This document shows positions 8,505 to 20,373 of a stretch of 64,000 nucleotides of DNA, in pieces; within the stretch, counting starts at the first letter, position 1, and every line of letters starts with the position of its first letter. The translations under genes were made by a program, and so were the position numbers. Below the pieces are notes generated by a model. It was given only the letters and a program-made list of their open reading frames with translations. It searched no databases and was not told the origin of the DNA. Source of the DNA: Pseudomonas aeruginosa PAO1 (GTDB lineage Bacteria; Pseudomonadota; Gammaproteobacteria; Pseudomonadales; Pseudomonadaceae); NCBI RefSeq assembly GCF_000006765.1, contig NC_002516.2. One strand, written 5' to 3'.

Positions 8505-9366
8505 GGGCGTTGCCGGAGCCCAGCTCCGGCAACAGGTAGCCCGCCCATAGCGATTCGGCGAACTGCGGCCGGAAGAAGCCGAAATGGCCGATATGGCGGG
8601 CGCCGATTTCCTCGGGAGCGATGCGCCAGGCGGTTTTCGGCGCTTCGCGGTAGAAGCCCAGCAGCGACTCGATGCTGCGTCGGGACATCATTTCATCGTC
8701 GGTGAACGACAGCGACACGATGGGCGTGCGTACGGCGGAGAAGGCGCGGCGGATGGCCTCGCCATCCGCGAGGGCGTACTGCGGATGCAGGCACCAGCGT
8801 CGCCATTGTTCGATCACCCCGCGCGGCAGGTCGCCGACCATGCCCAGGCGGCGCCCGGGAAAATAGCCGAGCAGCGGCGTCAGCAGGGGCGCGACGAGGT
8901 ACCAGAACAACCAGACCTTGTTGCGCAACCGCGGGCTGTTTTCCTTCCAGTAGCCACTGCCGCTGGCGATGCTGAAGACCCTCTCGATACGCTCGCGCCC
9001 TTCGACGAAGGGCAGGATCTGGCCGCCCAGGCTATGGCCGATCCAGTACAGGGGCTTGCTCCCGCTCTCGGCGAGCGCGGCGGCGAGCATGGCGCTGCAG
9101 TCATGACGGGCCCAGCCCAGCACATCGACCTCGAGACCGCGCAGCGAGCCGTTGCGCGATTGCCCCATGCCCAGGTAGTCGAAGGTGATGGCCAGGTAGC
9201 CGCGCTCTGCCAGCCAGGCGGCGAAGGGCGCGTAGAACCGCTGTTCCACGCCCATCGCCGGGACGATCAGGAGATAGCCGCGCGGCTCCCCGGCAGGCCG
9301 GTACCAATGGCTGGCCAGCGGATGGCCGTTGCCGTTATCGATGAGGCGTGGTTGCGGAGGGTTCAT
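8491..9366 (-). CDS. Alpha/beta hydrolase (serine esterase/acyltransferase-like)
   Basis: GHSLGG nucleophile elbow, FTDDEM acid, IGHFGFF His; start trimmed to MNPPQP; 14-nt convergent overlap with the upstream gene. Confidence 0.85.
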   Translation of the reverse strand: MNPPQPRLIDNGNGHPLASHWYRPAGEPRGYLLIVPAMGVEQRFYAPFAAWLAERGYLAITFDYLGMGQSRNGSLRGLEVDVLGWARHDCSAMLAAALAESGSKPLYWIGHSLGGQILPFVEGRERIERVFSIASGSGYWKENSPRLRNKVWLFWYLVAPLLTPLLGYFPGRRLGMVGDLPRGVIEQWRRWCLHPQYALADGEAIRRAFSAVRTPIVSLSFTDDEMMSRRSIESLLGFYREAPKTAWRIAPEEIGARHIGHFGFFRPQFAESLWAGYLLPELGSGNALSRG

Positions 9367-9460
9367 GCCGGTCTCCGTGGTCTGTTCGCGGCTTCGAGAA
9401 TAGGGCTGGCCGCCAGGGCGCCTCCAGCCGGCCGAAAGCACGGCCGGGGCGCCCTGGCGG

Positions 9461-9898
9461 TCAGGCCTGGCTGACGTACATGGTGATCTCGGCGCGGAAT
9501 ACCGGCTTGTCGTCAACATAGGCGACCACCGGCACCACCAGGTTGCCGGTGGCTTGCCAGTCGATCTGGCTGCCGTCGGCCACTGCGCGCACGTCGCCAG
9601 TGGCCTTGGCCAGGTACTCGACGGTCATGCCGCGCGGAATCCAGCGATGGCCGGCGGGAATCGAGGCGTCGGTCATGGTCCCGGCGGCCAGTTCGGCGGC
9701 ATTGCACAGGGCGATGGCATGCACCGTGCCGATATGGTTCAGCACCTCGCGGCGCTTGGGGAAGGTGACTTCGGCATAGCCGGGACGCAGTTCGACGAAC
9801 TGCGGGGCGATGCTGGCGAAATAGGGTGCGAACTGGCCGATCATGGCGCTGAACTGGGCCGGGCCGACCTGCTGGTACATCTGCATCATCTGACTCAT
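9461..9898 (-). CDS. Hotdog-fold thioesterase-like protein (DUF4442/YiiD-like)
   Basis: APYFASIAP, NHIGTVHAIALCNAAELAAG, MTVEYLAKA. Confidence 0.87.
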   Translation of the reverse strand: MSQMMQMYQQVGPAQFSAMIGQFAPYFASIAPQFVELRPGYAEVTFPKRREVLNHIGTVHAIALCNAAELAAGTMTDASIPAGHRWIPRGMTVEYLAKATGDVRAVADGSQIDWQATGNLVVPVVAYVDDKPVFRAEITMYVSQA

Positions 9899-9958
9899 GG
9901 AAAACTCCGGGCGTTTCAGGATTGAAGATGTGTGCGCACCGGGGCAGTATACGAAGGT

Positions 9959-9986
9959 TAGAAATTTATTCTAGAAAAATATTCTA
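9959..9986. promoter_or_regulatory. Tandem overlapping dyads, probable TetR operator
   Basis: TAGAA-attta-TTCTA (9959-9973) and TAGAA-aaata-TTCTA (9972-9986) between the divergent thioesterase and TetR genes. Confidence 0.6.
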
Positions 9987-10020
9987 GTCAGCGTTTCGAC
10001 GATTATCGACAAGGACCGAC

Positions 10021-10602
10021 ATGGGCCGTTCTTCCCGCAAAGACGAGATTCTCCAGGCCGCCCTGGCCTGCTTCAGCGAGCATGGCGTAGACGCCACCAC
10101 CATCGAGATGATCCGCGACCGTTCCGGAGCGAGCATCGGTAGTCTCTACCACCATTTCGGCAACAAGGAACGCATCCATGGCGAACTCTACCTGGCCGGG
10201 ATCGGCCAGTACGCGGCGTTGCTCGAAGCCGGCTTCGCCAGGGCGCGCAGCGCCGAGGAAACGGTCAGGTTGCTGGTCACCAGCTACATAGACTGGGTCG
10301 TGGCGAATCCCGACTGGGCACGCTTCATCCTGCACAGCCGCGGGCGGGTAGAGGCGGGGGAGTTGGGCGAGCGCCTGCGGGCCGACAACCAGGCCCACTT
10401 CGCGCGGATCCATGCGGCGCTGGCGGGATATCGGGCCGAGGGCCTGTTCCGCGAGATGCCGGACGACTGCTTTGCTTCGGTGGTGATCGGCCCGGCCCAC
10501 GACCTTGCCCGCCAGTGGCTGGCCGGGCGAACCCGGGTGGCGCTGGCCGACTGTCGCGAACTGCTGGCGCAGGTGGCCTGGGACAGCGTGCGGGCGGCCT
10601 GA
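10021..10602 (+). CDS. TetR-family transcriptional regulator
   Basis: ILQAALACFSEHGVDATTIEMIRDRSGASIGSLYHHFGNKE HTH. Confidence 0.93.
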   Translation: MGRSSRKDEILQAALACFSEHGVDATTIEMIRDRSGASIGSLYHHFGNKERIHGELYLAGIGQYAALLEAGFARARSAEETVRLLVTSYIDWVVANPDWARFILHSRGRVEAGELGERLRADNQAHFARIHAALAGYRAEGLFREMPDDCFASVVIGPAHDLARQWLAGRTRVALADCRELLAQVAWDSVRAA

Positions 10603-10622
10603 GGCGTCCGTGGCCTCGGGAA

Positions 10623-10654
10623 CGAAAAAGCCCCGCGGCTGCGGGGCTTTTTCG
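10623..10654. terminator. Bidirectional intrinsic terminator
   Basis: CGAAAAAGCCCCGC-ggct-GCGGGGCTTTTTCG, with U-runs on both strands between convergent genes. Confidence 0.88.
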
Positions 10655-10666
10655 TCAGGGCCGGGT

Positions 10667-11164
10667 TCAGCCGCGGCGGCGGAACAGCGGCAGCGGCTGC
10701 TCCACCGAGGTCTGGTAGACCTCGCTGAAGTCGTCCAGGCTGGCCAGGGCGTCTTCCGGGCTGCGGTCGGCACGGATGGCATAGGCGTCGAAGCCGCAGC
10801 GGCGCATGAAGAACAACTGGTCGCGCAGCACGTCGCCGATCGCGCGGATCTCGCCCTTGTAGCCGTAGCGCTCGCGCAGCAGGCGCGCGCTGCTGAAGCC
10901 GCGGCCATCGGTAAAGGCGGGGAAGTTCACTGCGATCACCTGGAACCTGTCGAGGTCGCCGGCGATGCTTTCCGGCTCCTCGTCCGCGTCCAGCCAGACC
11001 CCCAGGCCGCCGTCGCGGCCGCGCAGGGCCGGGCCGTGCTCGAGCCACAGGGCCAGCGGGATGATCACGTCGTCGCTGTTGGGGACGCTTTCCAGGGTCG
11101 CGTCCTTGGGCAGCAAGTGCCAGCGGTCGTCGACCACCTGGCGGTCCTTAATGATTCGCTGCAT
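10667..11164 (-). CDS. DUF934 family protein, typical cysI partner
   Basis: FPAFTDGRGFSSARLLRERYGYKGEIRAIGDVLRDQLFFMRRCGFDAY; overlaps the cysI stop by 17 nt. Confidence 0.88.
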   Translation of the reverse strand: MQRIIKDRQVVDDRWHLLPKDATLESVPNSDDVIIPLALWLEHGPALRGRDGGLGVWLDADEEPESIAGDLDRFQVIAVNFPAFTDGRGFSSARLLRERYGYKGEIRAIGDVLRDQLFFMRRCGFDAYAIRADRSPEDALASLDDFSEVYQTSVEQPLPLFRRRG

Positions 11165-12806
11165 ATACGCGCTCCTTGAACGGGTCGATACCGATACGGC
11201 GGAAGGTGTCGATGAAGGGTTCTTCCTCGGTCCGGCGTTCCACGTAGACCTGGATGATCTTGTCGATCACGTCGGCCATCTGCTCCTGGGCGAAGGACGG
11301 GCCGAGGATCTGCCCGAGGCTGGCGTCGCGCGCCGAGCTGCCGCCGAGGGAGACCTGGTAGAACTCCGCGCCTTTCTTGTCGACCCCGAGGATGCCGATG
11401 TGGCCGACATGGTGATGGCCGCAGGCGTTCATGCAACCGGAGATGTTCAGGTCGATGTCGCCGATGTCGAATAGATAGTCGAGATTGTCGAAGCGGCGCT
11501 GGATGGCTTCGGCGATCGGGATCGACTTGGCGTTGGCCAGGGAGCAGAAGTCGCCGCCGGGGCAGCAGATGATGTCGGTCAGCAGGCCGACGTTGGGGGT
11601 GGCGAAGCCCAGTTCGCGCAGTTCGCCCCAGAGGGCGAAGAGTTCGCCCTGCTCGACGTCGGCGAGAATGATGTTCTGGTTATGGCTGTTGCGCACCTCG
11701 CCGAAGCTGTAGCGGTCGGCGAGATCGGCGATGGCCTCCAGCTGTTTGTCGGTGACGTCTCCCGGCGCGGTGCCGGTGGGCTTCAGCGAGAGCGTCACGG
11801 CGACGTAGCCGGGCTTCTTGTGGGCGAAGGTGTTGCGTGCGCGCCAGCGGGCGAAGCCGGGGTGCTCCGCGTCGAGCCGGGCGAGGGACTCGTCGAGGTC
11901 GTCGAGGGCCTTGTAGGCCGGATCGACGAAATGCGCGGCGACGCGCTGGACTTCCGCCTCGGTGAGGGTGCTCGGTCCGTCCTTGAGGTTGGCCCATTCG
12001 GCCTCGACGCGCTCGGCGAAGACTTCCGGGGTCAGCGCCTTGACCAGGATCTTGATCCGCGCCTTGTACTTGTTGTCGCGCCGGCCATAGCGGTTGTAGA
12101 CGCGCAGGATGGCATCCAGGTAGCCGAGCAGGTGCTGCCAGGGCAGGAATTCATTGATGAAGCTGCCGACGATGGGGGTTCGGCCCAGGCCGCCGCCGAC
12201 CGAGACGCGGAAGCCGAGCTCGCCGGCCTCGTTCTTCACCGCCTCCAGGCCGATGTCGTGCACTTCGATGGCGGCACGGTCGCTCACCGCGCCGTTCACC
12301 GCGATCTTGAACTTGCGCGGCAGGTGGGCGAACTCGGGGTGGAAGGTCGACCATTGGCGGATGATCTCGCACCAGGGGCGCGGGTCCACCAGCTCGTCGC
12401 GGGCGACGCCGGCGAACTGGTCGGTGGTGGTGTTGCGGATGCAGTTGCCGCTGGTCTGAATCGCGTGCATCTGCACGGTGGCCAGCTCGGCGAGGATTTC
12501 CGGCACGTCTTCCAGCTCCGGCCAGTTGAACTGCACGTTCTGCCGGGTGCTGATGTGGGCGTAGCCCTTGTCGTAGTCGCGGGCGATCTGCGCCAGCTTG
12601 CGCAGTTGGCGCGAGGAGAGCAGGCCATAGGGAACGGCGATGCGCAGCATCGGGGCATAGCGCTGGATATAGAGACCGTTCTGCAGGCGCAGCGGGCGGA
12701 ACTCCTCACCGGTCAATTCACCCGCCAGGTAACGGCGGGTCTGGTCGCGGAACTGCTTGACGCGGTCCTCGACGATCCGTTGGTCGTACTCGTCGTATAC
12801 GTACAT
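11148..12806 (-). CDS. cysI: Sulfite reductase hemoprotein (siroheme/4Fe-4S)
   Basis: LRLQNGLY, TRQNVQ, LPRKFKIA, CCPGGDFCSLA and ISGCMNACG cofactor-ligand motifs. Confidence 0.95.
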   Translation of the reverse strand: MYVYDEYDQRIVEDRVKQFRDQTRRYLAGELTGEEFRPLRLQNGLYIQRYAPMLRIAVPYGLLSSRQLRKLAQIARDYDKGYAHISTRQNVQFNWPELEDVPEILAELATVQMHAIQTSGNCIRNTTTDQFAGVARDELVDPRPWCEIIRQWSTFHPEFAHLPRKFKIAVNGAVSDRAAIEVHDIGLEAVKNEAGELGFRVSVGGGLGRTPIVGSFINEFLPWQHLLGYLDAILRVYNRYGRRDNKYKARIKILVKALTPEVFAERVEAEWANLKDGPSTLTEAEVQRVAAHFVDPAYKALDDLDESLARLDAEHPGFARWRARNTFAHKKPGYVAVTLSLKPTGTAPGDVTDKQLEAIADLADRYSFGEVRNSHNQNIILADVEQGELFALWGELRELGFATPNVGLLTDIICCPGGDFCSLANAKSIPIAEAIQRRFDNLDYLFDIGDIDLNISGCMNACGHHHVGHIGILGVDKKGAEFYQVSLGGSSARDASLGQILGPSFAQEQMADVIDKIIQVYVERRTEEEPFIDTFRRIGIDPFKERVYAANH

Positions 12807-13075
12807 GAATATTCCTGCTGTCAGGCTATGCGGCTTACTGCGTTAACCAGCGCGCACGGCTACGCGCTCCACGCGGAGTGGGCGCACGATACCAGTTCAT
12901 ATTTATGCGTAAAAGTGATGTTTGAGTATATGGTAAGAACCAAAAAGACTAAGTCGCCAGGCAAGCATAACCGCTTCGCAACGGCGCCTTTCTTGAGCGA
13001 TGGGCGGCGCTGGTCTTAACTGGAGAGTGCCTTTCGATGTCTTCGTCCCGATACCCACAAGAAACAGGGGGAGTC

Positions 13076-13192
13076 ATGAGCGAGCCGAGCAAAACCCAGG
13101 AAAACCGCGACAGCGTGGTCGACGCCTGCGCGGCCTTCGTCCTGATCCTGCTGGTGGTGGCTACCGCGGTGTTCTGGGTCAGCCACCAGTGA
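13076..13192 (+). CDS. 38-aa single-pass membrane small protein
   Basis: AGGGGGAG RBS then ATG; MSEPSKTQENRDSVVDACAAFVLILLVVATAVFWVSHQ*; below the 60-aa cutoff of the ORF track. Confidence 0.7.
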   Translation: MSEPSKTQENRDSVVDACAAFVLILLVVATAVFWVSHQ

Positions 13193-13216
13193 AAGCCCGC
13201 CTCGGCGGCGCAGAGG

Positions 13217-13444
13217 TCACAGGCCGCTGAGGCTCAGCACCAGTTTCACGATCCCGGCCAGCAACAGCACGAACACCAGGGTGAAGAGCAGGCCCAGCAT
13301 GATGAAGTGCACGGGCTTGCCGTGGGTAAAGTCGCGGGCGCGGTTTCGCCCGCTCTGTACGCCGAAGGCGGCAGCCATCACGCTATGCAGCATCTGCCAG
13401 AAGGTCGGCGGCTTCTGGTTCGGTTCTTCCGTCTCGATACCCAT
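13217..13444 (-). CDS. DUF2970-like small membrane protein
   Basis: TFWQMLHSVMAAAFGVQSGRNRARDFTHGKPVHFIMLG followed by a TM helix; start MGIETEE with GGAGG RBS. Confidence 0.8.
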   Translation of the reverse strand: MGIETEEPNQKPPTFWQMLHSVMAAAFGVQSGRNRARDFTHGKPVHFIMLGLLFTLVFVLLLAGIVKLVLSLSGL

Positions 13445-13508
13445 CGGTGGTCCTCCCTTTTCCATACCTGCCCTGAGAGTCTAGACCCTTGGCGGGAGGA
13501 GGGTGGCT

Positions 13509-14549
13509 TCAGGCCTGGCGGGCGGGGATGCGCCGTTCCGCCGTGCCCTGCGTGGCCCTGGCGCGCAGTTGCCCGCAGCCGCCGTCGATGTCCTGGCCGG
13601 CCGAGTTGCGCACCTTGGTCAGCACGCCGCGGCTGTGCAGGTAGCGCACCAGCTCGACGATCCGCTCCCCGCTCGGGCGCCGGTAGGCGTCGCCGTCCAT
13701 GCTGTTGTAGGGGATCAGGTTCATCACCGCGAAGCGGCCCTTGAGCAGGCGCAGGATGCCGTCCATTTCCTCCAGGCTGTCGTTGATCCCTTCGAGCAGG
13801 GTCCATTGGTACTGGATCGGATAGTCGACCCGGCGGGCGTAGGCCTCGCCGGCTTCCACCAGTTCTTCCGGGCTCAGCGGCGGCGCCTTGGGCAACAGTT
13901 GCCGGCGCAGTTCGGCGCGGGTGCTGTGCAGGGACAGGGCGAGGGCGGGCTTCACCCGTTGCCGGGGCAGGCGCTCGAACACGCGGGGATCGCCGACGGT
14001 GGAGAACACCAGGTTCTTGTGGCCGATGCCGCCATCGGTGCCGAGCAGGTCGATGGCTTCGAGGACGTTGTCGAGGTTGTGCGCCGGCTCGCCCATGCCC
14101 ATGAACACCACTTTCTTCACCGCTCGCCGACGGCGCGCCAGGACCACCTGGGCGACCATCTCCAGGCTGCCGACCTGGCGCAGCAGGCCGCTGCGGCCGG
14201 TCATGCAGAACACGCAGCCGACCGCGCAGCCGACCTGGGTCGAGACGCACAGCCCACCGCGCGGCAGCAGCACGCTTTCCACCATCTGCCGGTCGGCCAG
14301 TTCCACCAGCAGGCGCGACGAGCCGTCGCTCGCCGGATGCTCGCTGTGCAGGCGGGCGATGCCTTCCAGTTCCGCTGCTACCTGGGGCAGACCATGGCGT
14401 ACGCCCAGCGGCAGGAAGTCCTCGGCCCGCTGGCGGGCGGTGCAGGCATCGAGGGCGCGGCCCTGCAGCCAGGCGCGGACGATCCTCCCGCAATGCAGGG
14501 GCTTGGCGCCGAGATCGGCGAGGCGCTGGTGGAGGTCTTGGCTACGCAT
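13509..14549 (-). CDS. RlmN/Cfr-family radical SAM RNA methyltransferase paralog
   Basis: CVSTQVGCAVGCVFC (CxxxCxxC), FMGMGEP, SLH, IDGGCGQL. Confidence 0.92.
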   Translation of the reverse strand: MRSQDLHQRLADLGAKPLHCGRIVRAWLQGRALDACTARQRAEDFLPLGVRHGLPQVAAELEGIARLHSEHPASDGSSRLLVELADRQMVESVLLPRGGLCVSTQVGCAVGCVFCMTGRSGLLRQVGSLEMVAQVVLARRRRAVKKVVFMGMGEPAHNLDNVLEAIDLLGTDGGIGHKNLVFSTVGDPRVFERLPRQRVKPALALSLHSTRAELRRQLLPKAPPLSPEELVEAGEAYARRVDYPIQYQWTLLEGINDSLEEMDGILRLLKGRFAVMNLIPYNSMDGDAYRRPSGERIVELVRYLHSRGVLTKVRNSAGQDIDGGCGQLRARATQGTAERRIPARQA

Positions 14550-14646
14550 GGGGCGCGCATCCTACCATTGCCCGTCATGAGGCGGTATGGCCGGCGCCGA
14601 CGTGCTATCGTTGCGCTCCGCTCCACCGCAGCAACGGAACCGTTCC

Positions 14647-14949
14647 ATGAAATTCGTCCACCAGCGCGAACACCTCAACGAAGACGACATCGTGGTCATC
14701 GAGTGCTCGCAGCAATGCAATATCCGCCTGATGAACGACGCCAATTTCCGCAGTTTCAAGAATGGCGGGCGGCATAGCTACCATGGCGGCGCCTTCGACC
14801 GCTTCCCGGCGAAGATCAAGGTGCCCAGCACCGGGTTCTGGAACATCACCATCGATACCGTGACCCGGCGCCCGATCAGCGTGACGCGCAAGCCGAACTT
14901 CAAGTGGTCGATCAAGTTCGTGCGCCGTTCCGGTTCGCAGTTCACCTGA
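14647..14949 (+). CDS. DUF1883-like protein
   Basis: MKFVHQREHLNEDDIVVIECSQQCNIRLMNDANF...VPSTGFWNITID; start trimmed to the ATG at 14647. Confidence 0.75.
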   Translation: MKFVHQREHLNEDDIVVIECSQQCNIRLMNDANFRSFKNGGRHSYHGGAFDRFPAKIKVPSTGFWNITIDTVTRRPISVTRKPNFKWSIKFVRRSGSQFT

Positions 14950-14962
14950 GGGCGCGCGTCCC

Positions 14963-15460
14963 ATGAGTGCGAAAATGGACGAGCAGGCGCTTCTGGCGTT
15001 GCTCCGCGAGCTGGCCATCGACAGCCAGCGGGTCGAGCATCCCGCGATCGCCTCCATCGAGGAATATTACGCGCAGGGCATCGAATTGCCCGACCAGGGC
15101 ATCAAGAACCTGTTCCTGCGCAACCGCAAGGGTACTCGCCACTACCTGGTGCTGCTCGACGAGCGCAAGGAGGCCGACCTGCCGGGCATCGCTGAACAGA
15201 TCGGCGAAAGCCGCCTGTCGTTCGCCTCGGTCGAGCGCCTGCGCGAATACCTCGGCGTCGAACTGGGCTGCGTGACGCCTTTCGCGCTGGTCAACGATCC
15301 GCAGCACAGGGTCGAGGTGTTGCTCGACGATGCCATCCGCCAGGACCAGTTGCTCGGTTTCCACCCGTTGGTGAATACCGCCACCGAGTGCATCCGCTAC
15401 GCAGACCTGCTGGCTTTCCTCGCCCACACGGGGCATGAACCGCGCCTGATCCGGGCGTAG
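14963..15460 (+). CDS. YbaK/ProX (PrdX-like) aminoacyl-tRNA deacylase
   Basis: EHPAI, IKNLFLRNRK, RLSFAS, GVELGCVTPFALVND, FHPLVNTAT. Confidence 0.88.
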   Translation: MSAKMDEQALLALLRELAIDSQRVEHPAIASIEEYYAQGIELPDQGIKNLFLRNRKGTRHYLVLLDERKEADLPGIAEQIGESRLSFASVERLREYLGVELGCVTPFALVNDPQHRVEVLLDDAIRQDQLLGFHPLVNTATECIRYADLLAFLAHTGHEPRLIRA

Positions 15461-15511
15461 GTCGCAGCTTCGCGCCTGCCGGCGCCAGGCCAGGTCATGC
15501 CGGCGCCGGTT

Positions 15512-15874
15512 TCACTCGAAGAAGTTGTGCCAGCAGTCGCTCAACGGGCCGACCTCGAAGGTCTTGCACCAGGGTTGGGCTTCCAGCCACAGACGGGCGC
15601 TTTCCCGGTCCGCCTCGTCCAGGCTGCCGACCCGCGCCAGGCACAGGTAGCCGCTGATCTCCGCCTGTTCCGGCGAGCCGCCACCGCCGAACACCCAGCC
15701 CTGGGCCTCGACGAAGTCGATCAGATGGTCCAGCGCATCGTCGTGGGAGAGGGCGTTGCGGTCGTAGGTCAGTTCGAAGCTGAAGCCGAACTCCTGGAAC
15801 TCGCCCAGGCGCAGTTTCTTGCGCAGGCGGCGCTTGCGCGGCTTTTCCATCTGCTCGGGAGTGAGGAATTTCAT
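15512..15874 (-). CDS. yggL: YggL/DUF469 family protein (ribosome-associated)
   Basis: RKRRLRKKLRLGEFQEFGF signature; 14 nt downstream of metH with CAGGAAGG RBS. Confidence 0.85.
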   Translation of the reverse strand: MKFLTPEQMEKPRKRRLRKKLRLGEFQEFGFSFELTYDRNALSHDDALDHLIDFVEAQGWVFGGGGSPEQAEISGYLCLARVGSLDEADRESARLWLEAQPWCKTFEVGPLSDCWHNFFE

Positions 15875-15888
15875 CGTCGCCTTCCTGG

Positions 15889-19593
<3,705 letters not shown>

Positions 19594-19673
19594 GGATGGA
19601 CCTGGCGTCAGTGGGCGGAAAGGTGAAAAGCATAACAAAGGCAGGGGCTTTCCGGCCGGGGGTGGTCGGACCA

Positions 19674-19702
19674 TGAATTTCATTCAAGTTGAAGGATGTT
19701 CA
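19674..19702. promoter_or_regulatory. Tandem MetR boxes
   Basis: TGAAtttcaTTCA (19674-19686) and TGAAggatgTTCA (19690-19702) fit TGAA-N5-TTCA, 80-110 nt upstream of metH. Confidence 0.75.
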
Positions 19703-19825
19703 TTCGCGGGCCGGAAAAATCCCTGGCGCCGTTTTGTCGCAGTATACGGGCGGAATGCGGAGGTCGGAGTGCGCAGGCGGGCGGCGAAGGGACGGGCGAG
19801 TGGAGTCGGGATGCTCGTGGGGAAT

Positions 19826-19860
19826 CGTGCTGCGAATGAGTCTGGCTCATTCGCAGCACG
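19826..19860 (-). terminator. Long hairpin downstream of tse1 (terminator-like)
   Basis: Perfect 15-bp stem CGTGCTGCGAATGAG/CTCATTCGCAGCACG, 7 nt after the tse1 stop; weak U-tract. Confidence 0.6.
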
Positions 19861-19867
19861 GCCTGAA

Positions 19868-20332
19868 TCAACTGGCCCTGGGCAGGCTGCAACTGGCCAG
19901 GGAGTAGACGTAGTAGTTGAGGCGGTCGCGGTCGGTGCGATTCCACACCTGGCCGACCGACTTCAGGCCCTGGCTCTGGCCGACCGCGCCGGCGATGCTG
20001 CCGCACCAGCACATCGGGTACTTCTGCCGATACAGCGGACCGCTGATGACCACCGCGACGTGCCCGTAGGTGCGGCCCTTCAGGCCGGCGATCACCAGGA
20101 AGCCCTGGGCCGCCTTCTGCGCGGCCTCGGCGCCGGAGGCGAGCTTGGTCCAGCTCTGCTCCAGGCCGTCGACCATGGCGTTGGCGTTGCCGCGGGGCAT
20201 CGGTACGCCCAGCTCGGCGGCCACCGACTGGACGAAGCCGGAACAGTTGTCCTTGTTCGGGGTGCCGGCCAGGTAGCTCTTGTCCCAGCTGTTCTTGCAG
20301 GCGTTGACGATGCATTGATCGAGACTGTCCAT
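19868..20332 (-). CDS. tse1: H1-T6SS peptidoglycan amidase effector Tse1
   Basis: 154 aa, MDSLDQCIVNACKNSW...; NlpC/P60 dyad DNCSGFV (Cys30) and YGHVAVV (His91). Confidence 0.97.
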   Translation of the reverse strand: MDSLDQCIVNACKNSWDKSYLAGTPNKDNCSGFVQSVAAELGVPMPRGNANAMVDGLEQSWTKLASGAEAAQKAAQGFLVIAGLKGRTYGHVAVVISGPLYRQKYPMCWCGSIAGAVGQSQGLKSVGQVWNRTDRDRLNYYVYSLASCSLPRAS

Positions 20333-20373
20333 GTATCACCTATGCGTGTCGATAAGGGGCGCTCCGGCCCGGA

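Noticed and set aside
19594-19825. Possible cobalamin or SAH riboswitch upstream of metH
   Set aside because: I could not find the B12-box or SAH-motif conserved segments; tandem MetR boxes explain the region. An Infernal/Rfam scan would be decisive.
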